Positions 25,534-36,650 of a DNA stretch of 64,000 bases are shown in pieces. The stretch comes from an uncultured Parvibaculum sp. (GTDB lineage: Bacteria; Pseudomonadota; Alphaproteobacteria; Parvibaculales; Parvibaculaceae). Location of the stretch: the NCBI RefSeq assembly GCF_963975745.1, contig NZ_CAXBIB010000007.1, forward strand, positions 33,340-97,339. The letters run 5' to 3'. Every line of letters begins with the position of its first letter. Position 1 is the first letter of the stretch. The notes under the pieces were generated by a model. The model had not been told where the DNA came from. It was given only the letters and a program-made list of their open reading frames with translations, and ran no database searches. The position numbers and the translations under genes are program-made.

Positions 25534-27228
25534 ATGGAATTCGCACTGTCCAGAACCTGGCAATGGAAAACGCTGCTGATCTGGACAGGATTATCCGCCC
25601 TGCTCTTCGCCTCCTGGTGGCCGATCGACATCACGCGCGCGTTCTGGGATGCCTTCGACCTATGGGTCTTCCGGGCGGCAAACGCGACCGTCGCCTGGGA
25701 GCCGATGGCGATCATCTGGGCGCTGTCGGGCGACCGGCGCTTCGACTATTTCTCGGCGCTGATCATTTTCGGTATCTATCTTGCCTATATTTCGCGCGGC
25801 GATCTGGCGCGGTTCCGCGACGGTGTGGCCTTCGGCATCATGACAGCCGTGGTCCTGCTGGTGGTGATCGTTCTGCAACGCGAGATCATCGCCTTTCCGC
25901 GTCTCTCGCCCTCGCTGGCGCTCGACAGCTATCACTCGATCCAGACCCTTGTCCCCTGGTCGCTCGCCAAAGAAGGGTCGAACTCGAGCTTCCCCGGTGA
26001 CCATGCGACCGTTACGATGATCATTGCCGTGTTGTGGTGGGTGGGATTCAACTGGCGTCTCGGCCTGCTGGGATTCGTTCTGGGTTTCCTCTTTGCCATG
26101 CCACGCATCGCGGCCGGCGCACACTGGGCCACCGATGTGGTCATCGGCGGCGGGTTCGTGACGCTGCTGACAATCGGCCTGGTGCGGGGCACGCCCTTCG
26201 GTTGGTGGATATATGGCTTTGCGGTGCGTCAGACCGAGGCCGCACTTGCCCTCTGGATCGGCACTGTCGACAAGCTGAACGTCGCCCATCACGACAACGT
26301 CAATCCGACGCGACAGGTTCTGCGCGGCATGTGCATCGGCGCCGCCGATCTGGTGCCGGGCGTCAGCGGCGGCACGATGGCGTTGATCCTTGGCGTCTAC
26401 AAGCGATTGATTGCAGCCATCGCACATGTCGACATGGCGTTTCTGCGCCAGCTGGGACAGCGGGAAATCATGGCGGCGCTGAGACGGATCGACTTTCTGT
26501 TTCTGCTACCGCTGGGGATCGGCGCCGTTCTCGCCATTGTCATTTTCACCCGCATCGTGCCGCTCTCGGTACTGGTCACTGAATTTCCCGAAGCCACCTT
26601 CGGCTTCTTTTTCGGCCTGATCGCGGCTTCGGTGGTCGGCCTTGTCTCGCATGTCGACAATGGCAGCCGGCTGCACTGGATCTGGCTCGTTCTCGGCGCC
26701 GCGTTCGGCCTCGCCGTATCGATTCTCGTGCCGGTCCGCACACCCGACGATATCTGGTTCATTTTCCTCTGCGGCATGATCGCCATCGCCGCCATGCTTG
26801 TTCCTGGTATTTCAGGATCATTCGTACTTCTGATCCTCGGGAAATATACCGATACGATCGATGCATTGGGGCGGCTCGATTTTTCGTTCCTCGTGCCGCT
26901 GGCTGCAGGTGTCATTGCAGGAGCGCTCGCATTCTCGCGCGCCATCTCCTGGCTGCTGACGCACTATCAACGCCAGACGATGCTGACGGTGATCGGCATT
27001 CTGGCTGGCTCCCTGCTGGCCGTGTGGCCGTTCAAGGAGCGTGAATACGCCCTGATCGACGAGAAAATGCGCCTGGTCGCATCGCATCCCTACTTTCCCG
27101 ACCAGTTCGACAGCGGCGTCACCGCTGGCCTGATCGCCATGGTGGCGGGCGCCCTGCTCTTCCGGCTACTCGACCGTCTGGCGCAGAAATCGGAAGAGGA
27201 AGAGGCGGAGCAGCGGCAACAGACGTGA
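25534..27228 (+). CDS. fusion membrane protein: N-terminal PAP2 phosphatase-like domain plus C-terminal DUF368 (PopT-type polyprenyl-phosphate transporter family)
   Basis: ATG at 25534 (MEFALSR) after a GGGGGA SD. PAP2-like motifs SFPGDHA and PRIAAGAHWATDV (R-x5-H-x3-D). DUF368 duplicated motifs LVPGVSGGTMALILG and LVPGISGSFVLLILG. The protein is hydrophobic throughout. Confidence 0.75.
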   Translation: MEFALSRTWQWKTLLIWTGLSALLFASWWPIDITRAFWDAFDLWVFRAANATVAWEPMAIIWALSGDRRFDYFSALIIFGIYLAYISRGDLARFRDGVAFGIMTAVVLLVVIVLQREIIAFPRLSPSLALDSYHSIQTLVPWSLAKEGSNSSFPGDHATVTMIIAVLWWVGFNWRLGLLGFVLGFLFAMPRIAAGAHWATDVVIGGGFVTLLTIGLVRGTPFGWWIYGFAVRQTEAALALWIGTVDKLNVAHHDNVNPTRQVLRGMCIGAADLVPGVSGGTMALILGVYKRLIAAIAHVDMAFLRQLGQREIMAALRRIDFLFLLPLGIGAVLAIVIFTRIVPLSVLVTEFPEATFGFFFGLIAASVVGLVSHVDNGSRLHWIWLVLGAAFGLAVSILVPVRTPDDIWFIFLCGMIAIAAMLVPGISGSFVLLILGKYTDTIDALGRLDFSFLVPLAAGVIAGALAFSRAISWLLTHYQRQTMLTVIGILAGSLLAVWPFKEREYALIDEKMRLVASHPYFPDQFDSGVTAGLIAMVAGALLFRLLDRLAQKSEEEEAEQRQQT

Positions 27229-27300
27229 GTCAACCAAAAAACCCGACGTTTAGATTAGCTTAAGAAGACCTTAATCGGCGGCATGCTTCAATGCAGGAGC

Positions 27301-28881
27301 ATGTTAACAATCTATAATTGCATCATCATTGAGCACGACCCGAGCCTCGTTGCTCTGGCGGTCTTCGTCTGTCTGTTCGCCAGCTATACGGCCCTCAGAC
27401 TGCTTGTCCATGCCGGCGAAACCGGATCCCAGGGCCGCACGCCCTGGGTACTTGCCGGCGGCGTCGTTGCGGGCAGCGGCATCTGGGCAACCCATTTCAT
27501 TGCGATGCTGGCCTTTCGCCACGGCGAGCCTGTCGGTTACGCGCCGGGCCTTACGATCGCCTCCCTGTTCATTGCATTGGCATTGACGACCCTCGGCTTT
27601 TTCATCGCTGCCCGCATGAGACCGGCGGGTATCGGCGGCGCCATCGCAGGCCTGTCGATAGGAGCAATGCACTATGTCGGCATGGCCGCTGTCAGCCTGC
27701 AAGGCCATCTCGTCTGGGACCGCGCGCTTGTCGCCGCTTCGGTCCTTCTTGGTGTGAGTCTGACCGCGGCAGCACTACAAACGACATTCTCGAAGCCCGG
27801 GCTCGTGGGACGCCTTGCCGGCGCCGGTCTTCTGGCGCTCGCGATCTGTGCCCTTCATTTCACCGGCATGGCAGCTGTCTCGATCGTGCCCGACCCTGGT
27901 ATCGCGCTAATCGAAAACACTGTGAATCCACATTCGCTGGCAATTCCGATTGCGGCAATCACGGTATTGATTGTCGCGCTGGCCTTTGCCGGATCGGCTG
28001 TCGACAGCCACCTCGCCGACCGCGCGGTAAAGGAGGCCGAAAAGCTTCGCATCTATGTGGCAGAACTTGAGGACACCAAGCGCAAACTCGAAATCACATC
28101 CAGGGATCTGCTGGTAGCGCTGGGCGCAGCTGCCTCGGCCGATCAGGCCAAGTCCCAGTTCCTGGCGACGATGAGTCATGAACTACGAACGCCGCTCAAC
28201 GCGATACTCGGATTTTCGGAGATCATGGCAGCGGAGACTTTCGGGCCGCTCGGCAGCGCACGCTACAAGGATTATGCCGACGACATCCTCAAAAGCGGCA
28301 AGCACCTGCTTTCGCTGATCAACGATGTTCTCGACTTCACCCGTGTCGACGCTGGCGCATTGCAGCTCAACGAGGAGACTGTCGATATTGCCGATGCCAT
28401 CGGCGATACCGTGCGCATGATCGAGGCCCAGGCCAAAGCCGGCGGTGTTAGGTTGCATGTCGGGACGGCCGGAGCGCTGCCGCACATCCGTGCCGACCAC
28501 CGGCGTGTCCGGCAGGTTCTGTTGAACCTGCTGTCGAACGCCGTCAAGTTCACGCCGCCCGGCGGGCAAGTGCGCGTTACCAGCGCTGTTGAAGACGGAG
28601 CGCTTGTCATCCGCGTCAGTGATACCGGCATCGGCATCGCGGCCGAAGACATCCCGACGGCACTCGAGCGGTTCGGCCAGATCGACTCCGATCTCGCCCG
28701 CAAATACGAAGGCACAGGCCTCGGACTTCCCTTGACAAAATGCCTGATGGAATATCACGACGGTTCGCTGGAAATCGATAGCACAAAGGGGCGTGGCACG
28801 ACGGTCAGTATCCTCTTCCCGGCCGGGCGCGTGCTGGCGGGGCCGCCGGCACGCCTTCAGCAAGTGCGCAGCCTTTCCTGA
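27301..28881 (+). CDS. MHYT-domain sensor histidine kinase
   Basis: Three MHYT-type repeats (WATHFIAMLAF, GAMHYVGMAAV, ALHFTGMAAV). H-box SHELRTPLNAILGFSE. N/G boxes LLSNAVKFTPPGG, DTGIGI and GTGLGLPL. An alternative ATG lies at 27283. Confidence 0.85.
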   Translation: MLTIYNCIIIEHDPSLVALAVFVCLFASYTALRLLVHAGETGSQGRTPWVLAGGVVAGSGIWATHFIAMLAFRHGEPVGYAPGLTIASLFIALALTTLGFFIAARMRPAGIGGAIAGLSIGAMHYVGMAAVSLQGHLVWDRALVAASVLLGVSLTAAALQTTFSKPGLVGRLAGAGLLALAICALHFTGMAAVSIVPDPGIALIENTVNPHSLAIPIAAITVLIVALAFAGSAVDSHLADRAVKEAEKLRIYVAELEDTKRKLEITSRDLLVALGAAASADQAKSQFLATMSHELRTPLNAILGFSEIMAAETFGPLGSARYKDYADDILKSGKHLLSLINDVLDFTRVDAGALQLNEETVDIADAIGDTVRMIEAQAKAGGVRLHVGTAGALPHIRADHRRVRQVLLNLLSNAVKFTPPGGQVRVTSAVEDGALVIRVSDTGIGIAAEDIPTALERFGQIDSDLARKYEGTGLGLPLTKCLMEYHDGSLEIDSTKGRGTTVSILFPAGRVLAGPPARLQQVRSLS

Positions 28882-28899
28882 CCATGAAACAGCCAGCCT

Positions 28900-29949
28900 T
28901 CAAAGCGGCACGCGCCATGCGCCGGGATTGTCCACGGCAACGCGCGACCACCATTCGGGTGAATCGCCAGCCAGCAGGGCAACGATACAACCGCCAAATC
29001 CCGCACCGGTCAGACGCGCGCCAACCGCACCAGCATCGCGCGCGCTCTCGACGAGACGGTCGAGCGCCGGCGTCGAGACCTCGAAGTCCTGCGCCAGAGA
29101 AGCATGACTTTCATTCATCAGCCGGCCGAAACCGGTGATGTCCGCTGCCTGAAGCGCCGTGGCTGCGGCGAGCACCCGCGCGTTCTCGGTCACGACATGG
29201 CAGGCATATTTCAACATTGTGTCATCGGACAGGGAAGCAATCCGGGAAGCATCGGCATCGCGCAAGGCTGTCACGCCGAGACGACGCGCCGCCTCGACCG
29301 TCGCAGCACGTCGCGCATTATAGGCGCCGTCAGCTAGGCGGCGCGGTTCGCCACAATGAACGATCTCAAAATGAAATCCAGGCGGCACCGGAACGAGCTG
29401 GCCTGTGCTCGTTCGGCAGTCGAGGAGCAGTGCCTGACCGGACCGGCCCATGGCGCTCGCCATCTGGTCGAGAATGCCGCATTGAACACCGCAATAGTTA
29501 TTCTCGCCAGCCTGTGCGAGGTGTGCAATCCGGCTGTCGGAAACCGCCTGTCCGGTGAGAGACAGCATCGCCCGCAGCGTGGCGACCTCAAGCGCGGCCG
29601 ACGATGAAAGTCCGGCCCCTGACGGCACGGACGAGCGCACCGTCATCTCGACGGGCGGCACCGTGAATCCGGCTTTCACAAGTTCGGCAAGCGGGCCGGC
29701 GACATAATCGCTCCAGTTGCCACGCGGCGGGCCAAACGGATCAAAGTCCAGCGTGTCCTCCATCTCCTCACTGTGGACGCGAAAGCCATCTGCCGGCGCC
29801 AGCGCGACATGCGTTTCGAGCGGCAGCGGCATTGGTAGGCAGAAACCTTCCGCATAGTCGGTGTGATCGCCGATCAGATTGACCCTTCCCGGAGCCGAGG
29901 CCCGGGCAACGGACCCGCGGCCGAACACGCGCATGAATGCATCACTCAT
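28900..29949 (-). CDS. galK: galactokinase
   Basis: Galactokinase signature GRVNLIGDHTDY and GHMP motif PSGAGLSSSAAL. The start overlaps the galT stop (ATGA). Confidence 0.9.
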   Translation of the reverse strand: MSDAFMRVFGRGSVARASAPGRVNLIGDHTDYAEGFCLPMPLPLETHVALAPADGFRVHSEEMEDTLDFDPFGPPRGNWSDYVAGPLAELVKAGFTVPPVEMTVRSSVPSGAGLSSSAALEVATLRAMLSLTGQAVSDSRIAHLAQAGENNYCGVQCGILDQMASAMGRSGQALLLDCRTSTGQLVPVPPGFHFEIVHCGEPRRLADGAYNARRAATVEAARRLGVTALRDADASRIASLSDDTMLKYACHVVTENARVLAAATALQAADITGFGRLMNESHASLAQDFEVSTPALDRLVESARDAGAVGARLTGAGFGGCIVALLAGDSPEWWSRVAVDNPGAWRVPL

Positions 29950-30980
29950 GCGCCTGTCTCCGGATCGACCGCCTTCAGACGTGCCGCCGCCTGTTCAGGC
30001 AGCACGTCGACCAGAAAGACGCCCGCACCCTGTTCGACACCCGCCAGGAATTTCAGCTTGTCGTGGTCGCGTCGGAACGGCCGGATCTCGATCGTCATGT
30101 GGAAGCTTTGTTCGAATCCGCGCGGCGCCGCCTGCACAGTCAGAATGTAGGGCATGGGGCGACTGAAAAGTCCATCAAGCCGCCGAATGGCCCTGCGCAA
30201 CAACCGCGCCAGTGCCTCCGTTTCGACCGGAGAAAGCGCATCCGGACCGGCGACCCGACGGCGCGGTGCAAGCCAGGTCTCGAAGGGATACATGGCGAAG
30301 GGCGGCACGAACGAGACGGCGGCGTCCTCGGTGTCGATCGCCAATTCGTGCGGCGCCGCATCGATGAGGCGGGCAACAATCGGGCTCTCCTGTTGTGCCT
30401 TGGCCGCGCGCAACACACGCTGCGGCACGAAGGGGAAGGCGTATATCTGTCCATGCGGATGATGCAGCGTGACACCGATCTCCTCGCCCCGGTTTTCGAA
30501 GGGAAGCACGCAAGAAAGCCCTGCCTCGTCACGCAGCGCCTTGATCCGCGCGCCCCAGACCTCGATCAGCAGCGCCAGCCGGTCGACCGGAAGCGTGCCG
30601 AGTCCACCTGCATGATCGGCAGAGAAGACCACTACCTCGCACCGTCCTTCGGCCGGGGCAGCGACAATACCCGCTATGTCGGGAGGAGCCGCCTGTGCTG
30701 CGATCAATGCCGGAAAGCGGTTCTCGAAGACGGCGATTTCGAATTCGGCAAACGGAATTTCGCCAATACGCCCTTCACCCGCGGGACACAACGGACAGGC
30801 TGCCCGATCTGGCAGGAAGGTGCGCCCCTGCCTAGCGCCGGCATAGGCCACCCACTCACCAAGAAATGGATGCCATCGCAGATGCGGTGGCGCCGCAGGC
30901 GGCTCGGACGGCAGGACCGGAAGCGGCGGCGCATCATGCGCCTTGCGTCCGTAAAGCAGCAACTCGCGGCCACCCGGCAT
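29946..30980 (-). CDS. galT: galactose-1-phosphate uridylyltransferase
   Basis: Zn site CPLCPAGEG and active-site HHPHGQIYAFP (HPH). The ORF-track start at 31007 is TTG; the ATG at 30980 (MPGGRELLLYG) is preferred. Confidence 0.9.
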   Translation of the reverse strand: MPGGRELLLYGRKAHDAPPLPVLPSEPPAAPPHLRWHPFLGEWVAYAGARQGRTFLPDRAACPLCPAGEGRIGEIPFAEFEIAVFENRFPALIAAQAAPPDIAGIVAAPAEGRCEVVVFSADHAGGLGTLPVDRLALLIEVWGARIKALRDEAGLSCVLPFENRGEEIGVTLHHPHGQIYAFPFVPQRVLRAAKAQQESPIVARLIDAAPHELAIDTEDAAVSFVPPFAMYPFETWLAPRRRVAGPDALSPVETEALARLLRRAIRRLDGLFSRPMPYILTVQAAPRGFEQSFHMTIEIRPFRRDHDKLKFLAGVEQGAGVFLVDVLPEQAAARLKAVDPETGA

Positions 30981-31085
30981 CGAATGTCGTCTTAGAGTAA
31001 ACAACAACGGCTCCGCTCTTGCATTAACCCGGCATTAACCAGAATCGAACCGTCAGGCCGGGACAGCGCTATTCTGGCGCACAAT

Positions 31086-32693
31086 TTGCGCTCTCACGAA
31101 GCAATTGTCGCATTCGGACACATTGTTGGCGTGAGTATCGTGACCGCACTGAACAAACAGATTCCTGCATTCGAGGCCGCAACTCCCGTCGCCTCGCCCC
31201 TCCCCGCATTGGCGGACGCCGCCACGCGCGAGCAGAGCGCGGGCTCGCGGCTGACGCCGCTGGCCGACCGTTTCATGCTGCTGATGGGCGATCTGGGTGC
31301 ACTGGTCCTGGCGCAGTTGATCGCCGGCTTTATCGCCTTTGGCGTCAATATCCAGCTTTTCAACACCGAATTCGGCGCTTTGGAAGCCGACGAGCTTGCC
31401 AGCCGTCTGGTGCGCATCGGGCTCCTGCTGATGCTTCCGGTTCTCTGGTGGGCAGCCAAGGGCCATTATTCGAAGCGCACGCCCTTCTGGGCCGAAGCCA
31501 AGGAGATCGTCAAGGCGATCGCCCTGGTCGCGCTGATCGACGGGTTCCTGCTTTACCTGACCAAGGACTATTTCTCGCGCCTCTGGATGCTCCAGGCCTG
31601 GGCCTGGGCGCTGATCCTTGTGCCGTTGGCGCGTATCGCCATGAGACATGTCCTGAAGCGATACGGCGGCTGGACCGCGCCGGTCCTGCTGATTGGTTCG
31701 AAAGAGAACACCGATGAGGCCGCGCAGGTGCTCGAATCGGAACCCTATCTGGGCTACGAAATCGCCGGCACGATCGACCTTGCCGAACTGACCTCCGAGG
31801 CCAATGCCGCCAATCCCGGCAGCCTTCTCTACCGGGCCGGCGGCCAGCTCTCGGCAGCACTGAAACTCGCCTGTGCGGGCTATGGCGCACGCTTCGTGGT
31901 GCTGGCCCCTTCGCCCGAGGAAATGGCCGGTCTCGACCATGTCCTGCGCGCGCTGCACCGTGCCCGCATCGCCTTCTCGATCATCCCGCCGGTCAAGGGG
32001 ATCGGCGTCATGGCGCTCGAAACCGGCAACTTCTTCAGCCATGATCTTGTCATGCTGACGCTGGCCGACAATCTGAACCGGCCGATGGCACGCATCGTCA
32101 AGCGCAGCTTCGATCTCGCCGTCGCCTCGTTGGCGCTGGTGGTGCTTTCGCCCTTCTTCTGGGCCGTATCGGCACTGATCCGCCTGGACGGAGGTCCGGC
32201 CTTTTACGGCCACCGCCGCGTCGGCGAGAAGGGGCGCGAATTCATGTGCCGGAAGTTCCGGACCATGCATGTCGACAGCGACGCCATTTTGAAGGAAATC
32301 CTCGAAAAAGACCCGCTTCGCGCGGCCGAATGGGCCCGCGACCAGAAGCTGCGCAACGACCCCCGCATCACGCCGGTCGGTCATTTCCTGCGCAAGACGA
32401 GCCTCGACGAACTGCCGCAACTGATCAACGTGATCCGCGGCGAGATGAGCCTTGTCGGCCCGCGGCCGGTGACCTATCCGGAAGTCCTGCGCTATGGCGA
32501 GGATGCCGAATACTACCTCTCGGCCAAGCCCGGAATTACCGGCCTGTGGCAGGTCAGCGGCCGCAACGACACGACCTATCTGCGCCGCGTTCAGCTCGAC
32601 GCCTGGTACGTGAAGAACTGGTCGCTCTGGCAGGATATCGCGATCATGTTCAAGACGCTGCCCGCAGTGCTGCTCCGCCAGGGCGCCTGCTGA
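31086..32693 (+). CDS. polyprenyl-phosphate hexose-1-phosphate transferase, WbaP-like (initiating enzyme)
   Basis: Several N-terminal TM segments and the C-terminal Bac_transf block [10 protein letters not shown]...[21 protein letters not shown]...[12 protein letters not shown]. The start is uncertain (TTG 31086, GTG 31131, or a later ATG). Confidence 0.85.
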   Translation: MRSHEAIVAFGHIVGVSIVTALNKQIPAFEAATPVASPLPALADAATREQSAGSRLTPLADRFMLLMGDLGALVLAQLIAGFIAFGVNIQLFNTEFGALEADELASRLVRIGLLLMLPVLWWAAKGHYSKRTPFWAEAKEIVKAIALVALIDGFLLYLTKDYFSRLWMLQAWAWALILVPLARIAMRHVLKRYGGWTAPVLLIGSKENTDEAAQVLESEPYLGYEIAGTIDLAELTSEANAANPGSLLYRAGGQLSAALKLACAGYGARFVVLAPSPEEMAGLDHVLRALHRARIAFSIIPPVKGIGVMALETGNFFSHDLVMLTLADNLNRPMARIVKRSFDLAVASLALVVLSPFFWAVSALIRLDGGPAFYGHRRVGEKGREFMCRKFRTMHVDSDAILKEILEKDPLRAAEWARDQKLRNDPRITPVGHFLRKTSLDELPQLINVIRGEMSLVGPRPVTYPEVLRYGEDAEYYLSAKPGITGLWQVSGRNDTTYLRRVQLDAWYVKNWSLWQDIAIMFKTLPAVLLRQGAC

Positions 32694-32858
32694 ACCGGCC
32701 TTAACCGGCCCAGGCGGCGAAATCGACAGATCCGGCGCCCGGCAGGTCGTCGGGTCTTCTGCGCCTGAATGACAGGATATCAACAGAATCAATGACTTGA
32801 CAAAAGGGCATGCCCGGCACGCCACCGTCGGCCCGCTGGTAATCCGAACCCTTGGTAA

Positions 32859-34660
<1,802 letters not shown>

Positions 34661-34733
34661 CCCGCAGGAGCAGAACCACCGATCCGTTTGCTGACCAGGC
34701 TCCATTCTTCCAGATACTGCTGAGGATCAATTC

Positions 34734-35783
34734 ATGATTCGGCGATACGGCAAACCGAGCGGGCCATTGCTGAGCCTCAAGTCGCACTTCTTCAGTGACA
34801 ACGAAAGGTTGCTGGATGAACAGCGGCAGCTCGCCGCCCTCTATGCACAACAAGCACGCCGGACGCGTTGCAAGGCGTGCGACAACCCGATTGACAAAGT
34901 CGCCTTTTCCAAGCTCGGCGTCGACTACATGATCTGTCCGCGCTGCGGTCATCTCAATGGCGCGTATGAGGACAGCGACGCCTTTTGCGCCGCCGTTTAC
35001 ACAGATGCCTCCGGCGCGGCATATGCCCGCGCCTATAGCGCCGCCGACCGCGAAGCGTATCGCATCCGCACCCGCGACATCTACGTTCCGAAAGCAAAAT
35101 TTCTCGTCGAATCCCTTGCCACACTCGGCGAGGATCCCGGGACACTTTCCTATGCGGATCTCGGTGCCGGCTCCGGATATTTTGTCGCTGCCTTGCGATC
35201 GACAGGTCTCGTAACCGTGCGTGGGCATGAAGTATCCGCGACCCAGGTCGCGCTGGCCAACGATATGGCTGGCGAGGAGCTGGTCGAAATGCATGCGCTT
35301 GACGAGACGGTGGCGCTCGCAGGACAGCTTCAGGCGAACGTCGTTTCATTGATCGGTGTTCTGGAGCATCTGCAGCAACCTCGACAGCTGCTGGCAGCAC
35401 TCAGGTCCAATCCATCGGTATCATATGTCTATATTTCGGTTCCGCTGTTCAGCCCGAGTGTATTCTTCGAGCTAGCGTTCCCCGAGGTCATGCAACGGCA
35501 TCTGTCGGGCGCCCATACTCATCTTTACACCGAGTCATCGCTTGAGTGGACCTGTCGCGAATTCAGTCTGCGGCGCATGGCTGAATGGTGGTTCGGCAGC
35601 GACATCGTCGATCTCTATCGCGGCATTCTGATACGACTGGCACAAAACGAGGCGACGGCAGAGTCGGCCGCCATCTGGCAGGAAATGCTGAAGCCGGCCG
35701 TCGACGGGATGCAGGAAAGTCTCGACAGCAGACGACTTTCCTCCGAAGTGCATATGCTTCTGAAATTCGAGAGCGGAACCTGA
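34734..35783 (+). CDS. class I SAM-dependent methyltransferase with N-terminal 4-Cys zinc-ribbon
   Basis: CKACDN...CPRCGH, then SAM motif I YADLGAGSGYF. GC is visibly lower than in neighbouring genes. Confidence 0.65.
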   Translation: MIRRYGKPSGPLLSLKSHFFSDNERLLDEQRQLAALYAQQARRTRCKACDNPIDKVAFSKLGVDYMICPRCGHLNGAYEDSDAFCAAVYTDASGAAYARAYSAADREAYRIRTRDIYVPKAKFLVESLATLGEDPGTLSYADLGAGSGYFVAALRSTGLVTVRGHEVSATQVALANDMAGEELVEMHALDETVALAGQLQANVVSLIGVLEHLQQPRQLLAALRSNPSVSYVYISVPLFSPSVFFELAFPEVMQRHLSGAHTHLYTESSLEWTCREFSLRRMAEWWFGSDIVDLYRGILIRLAQNEATAESAAIWQEMLKPAVDGMQESLDSRRLSSEVHMLLKFESGT

Positions 35784-36650
35784 ATGAAAGCACTCCTTCT
35801 CGGCAGCACCGGTCTTCTCGGCCAGGCCATCGCGCCGGAATGGCGCCGACGCGGTCACACGGTCCTTGAGGCGGCGCGTCATGATGCACCGATCGCGCTC
35901 GATATTGCCGACGAGGCCGCATTGGCCGCAACGCTCGACGCCGAAGCACCCGATATCGTCGTCAACGGCGCCGCTCTCACGGATATCGACGCCTGCGAAC
36001 GCGACCCCGGAGCCGCGTGGCGCATCAATGCCCGTCCGCTTGCCTTTCTGGCAGACTGGTCGTCGCGAACCGGGAGAGTGCTGCTCCATGTCTCGACCGA
36101 CCATTACTACCTGGATGGCGGCGCCGCGCCCCATGACGAGGGGGCACCGGTTTCCCTCGTGAACGAATATGCCCGCGCCAAATATGCCGGCGAGGCTCTT
36201 GCCCTGACGACGCCGCATGCGCTGGTCTTGCGCACCAGCATCGTCGGCATTCGTCGATGGAAGCACCCGACTTTCGCCGAATGGGCCATCGACGTCGTAT
36301 TGCATGACCGTCCCGCAACACTCTTCAACGACGCATGGTCGTCCTCCATCGATGTCCGGACATTTGCGGGCGCGGCGCTCGACATGGTCGAGGCTGGCGC
36401 GACCGGGCTCTTCAACCTCGCCGCCAGCGTCGTCTATACAAAGGAGGCATTTCTTCGTGAGGTCGCACGCCAGCTCGATGTTAGGCTGACATCTGCGGTT
36501 GCGGGCTCCGTCGGCGAACTCTCAACAAGGCGCGCCGGCCATCTCGGCCTTGACGTCGGGCGCGCCGAGCAGGTTCTTGGTTACCATCTGCCGACGCTCG
36601 AAGAGGTCGTTGCCTCGGTCCTGAACCAGTACAGGGAAGGTCGTCCATGA
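35784..36650 (+). CDS. RmlD-like SDR sugar-nucleotide reductase
   Basis: LLLGSTGLLGQA Rossmann motif and YARAKYAGE (YxxxK). It starts immediately after the upstream stop (TGAATG). Confidence 0.7.
   Translation: MKALLLGSTGLLGQAIAPEWRRRGHTVLEAARHDAPIALDIADEAALAATLDAEAPDIVVNGAALTDIDACERDPGAAWRINARPLAFLADWSSRTGRVLLHVSTDHYYLDGGAAPHDEGAPVSLVNEYARAKYAGEALALTTPHALVLRTSIVGIRRWKHPTFAEWAIDVVLHDRPATLFNDAWSSSIDVRTFAGAALDMVEAGATGLFNLAASVVYTKEAFLREVARQLDVRLTSAVAGSVGELSTRRAGHLGLDVGRAEQVLGYHLPTLEEVVASVLNQYREGRP

Noticed and set aside
23681-27228. ORF-track N-terminal extensions of the GH4 gene (from 23681) and of the PAP2-DUF368 gene (from 25153)
   Set aside because: The extensions overlap neighbouring genes (GH42; the 3' end of GH4) and translate to Arg-rich junk. 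Internal ATGs at 24095 and 25534 follow SD-like sequences and match the family N-termini.
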